Shown here: one piece after another, positions 63,347 through 64,000 of the stretch
How the letters are laid out: every line of letters starts with the position of its first letter
Numbering within the stretch: position 1 is the stretch's first letter
Assembly (NCBI RefSeq): GCF_013004595.1
Contig: NZ_JABEMC010000004.1
Location: forward strand, 1-64,000
Source: Brevibacterium luteolum
GTDB lineage: Bacteria > Actinomycetota > Actinomycetes > Actinomycetales > Brevibacteriaceae
Direction of reading: 5' to 3'
DNA: 64,000 bases
Position numbers and translations under genes: made by a program
Notes under the pieces: model-generated
Database searches by the model: none
The model's input: the letters and a program-made list of their open reading frames with translations, nothing else
Told to the model about the DNA's origin: nothing

Positions 63347-64000
63347 CTAATCGTCGTCTGTGAACTCGAAGAGAGCCCGTTCGGCGTCCTTCGGGGGTAG
63401 CCCGAGGTGTCGCCAGCCCTGACCTGTGGCGATGCGTCCGCGCGGGGTGCGGGAGATGAGTCCTTCGCGCACGAGGAACGGTTCGGCGACCTCTTCGACG
63501 GTCTCTGGCTCCTCCCCTACGGACACGGCCAGGGTGCGCAGGCCGACAGGTCCGCCGTCGAAACGCTCGCACAGGGCGCGCAGCACAGCGCGGTCGAGCC
63601 GGTCGAGTCCGCGCTCGTCGACTTCGTAGACCTTGAGTGCGGCGCGTGCGGCGTCGTAGTCGACGACGCCGCGGCCGCGGACCTGTGCCCAGTCGCGCAC
63701 TCGGCGCAGCAGCCGGTTGGCGATGCGCGGGGTGCCGCGGGAGCGGGTGGCGACCTCCTGCAGACCGGCGGCATCGGCTTCGATGTCGAGCATCTGGGCT
63801 GAGCGTCGCAGCACAGTGTGCAGGTCCTCTTCGGAGTAGAAGTCGAGGTGGCCGGTAAACCCGAAGCGGTCGCGCAGCGGTGCCGGCAGCAAGCCGGAGC
63901 GGGTGGTCGCCCCGACCAGGGTGAAGGGCGGCAGGTCGAGCGGGATGGCGGTCGCGCCGGGTCCTTTGCCGACGATGACGTCGACGCGGAAGTCCTCCAT
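63347..64000 (-). CDS. ruvB: Holliday junction helicase RuvB (partial; N-terminus is outside the window)
   Basis: [43 protein letters not shown]. Confidence 0.97.
   Translation of the reverse strand: MEDFRVDVIVGKGPGATAIPLDLPPFTLVGATTRSGLLPAPLRDRFGFTGHLDFYSEEDLHTVLRRSAQMLDIEADAAGLQEVATRSRGTPRIANRLLRRVRDWAQVRGRGVVDYDAARAALKVYEVDERGLDRLDRAVLRALCERFDGGPVGLRTLAVSVGEEPETVEEVAEPFLVREGLISRTPRGRIATGQGWRHLGLPPKDAERALFEFTDDD

Overview
A high-GC actinobacterial chromosome segment; gene content and order suggest Micrococcales, possibly Brevibacterium-like (inference). It is almost all conserved housekeeping genes on the minus strand. Read from the right end: ruvB (partial), yajC, secD, secF, relA, an MBL hydrolase, hisS, aspS, rarA, rpsD, alaS, ruvX, mltG, aroE, an A24 peptidase, aroCKB, efp, nusB, pyrR, pyrB, pyrC, a membrane ORF, carAB, pyrF, mihF, gmk, rpoZ, coaBC, metK, priA, fmt, rsmB, rpe, an FMN riboswitch with pnuX, hisE, hisG, a PH-domain ORF, a CoA-transferase plus fused carboxyltransferase pair, hisF, hisI, trpE, two small membrane ORFs, trpCBA, lgt and pyk. 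These are followed by a holin-like gene, tRNA-Leu(CAA), an ANTAR response regulator, a hotdog thioesterase, and the right end of an IS481-family element at the window edge. Accessory or unexplained parts: (i) the translationally coupled family III CoA-transferase and AccD-AccA-fusion carboxyltransferase inside the his-trp cluster, with no biotin partner nearby (best candidate for an uncharacterised pathway); (ii) a doubly frameshifted, truncated sugar-ABC ATPase relic joined to an intact roadblock-like gene; (iii) an orphan AbiEi-like gene between DUF349 and relA; (iv) an orphan ArsR regulator with a palindrome over the predicted aspS promoter; (v) an FMN riboswitch driving only a transporter; (vi) a structured rpsD leader; (vii) many predicted leaderless genes. 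I saw no CRISPR array, prophage, rRNA or clear defence island. All calls come from reading motifs; no database searches were run.
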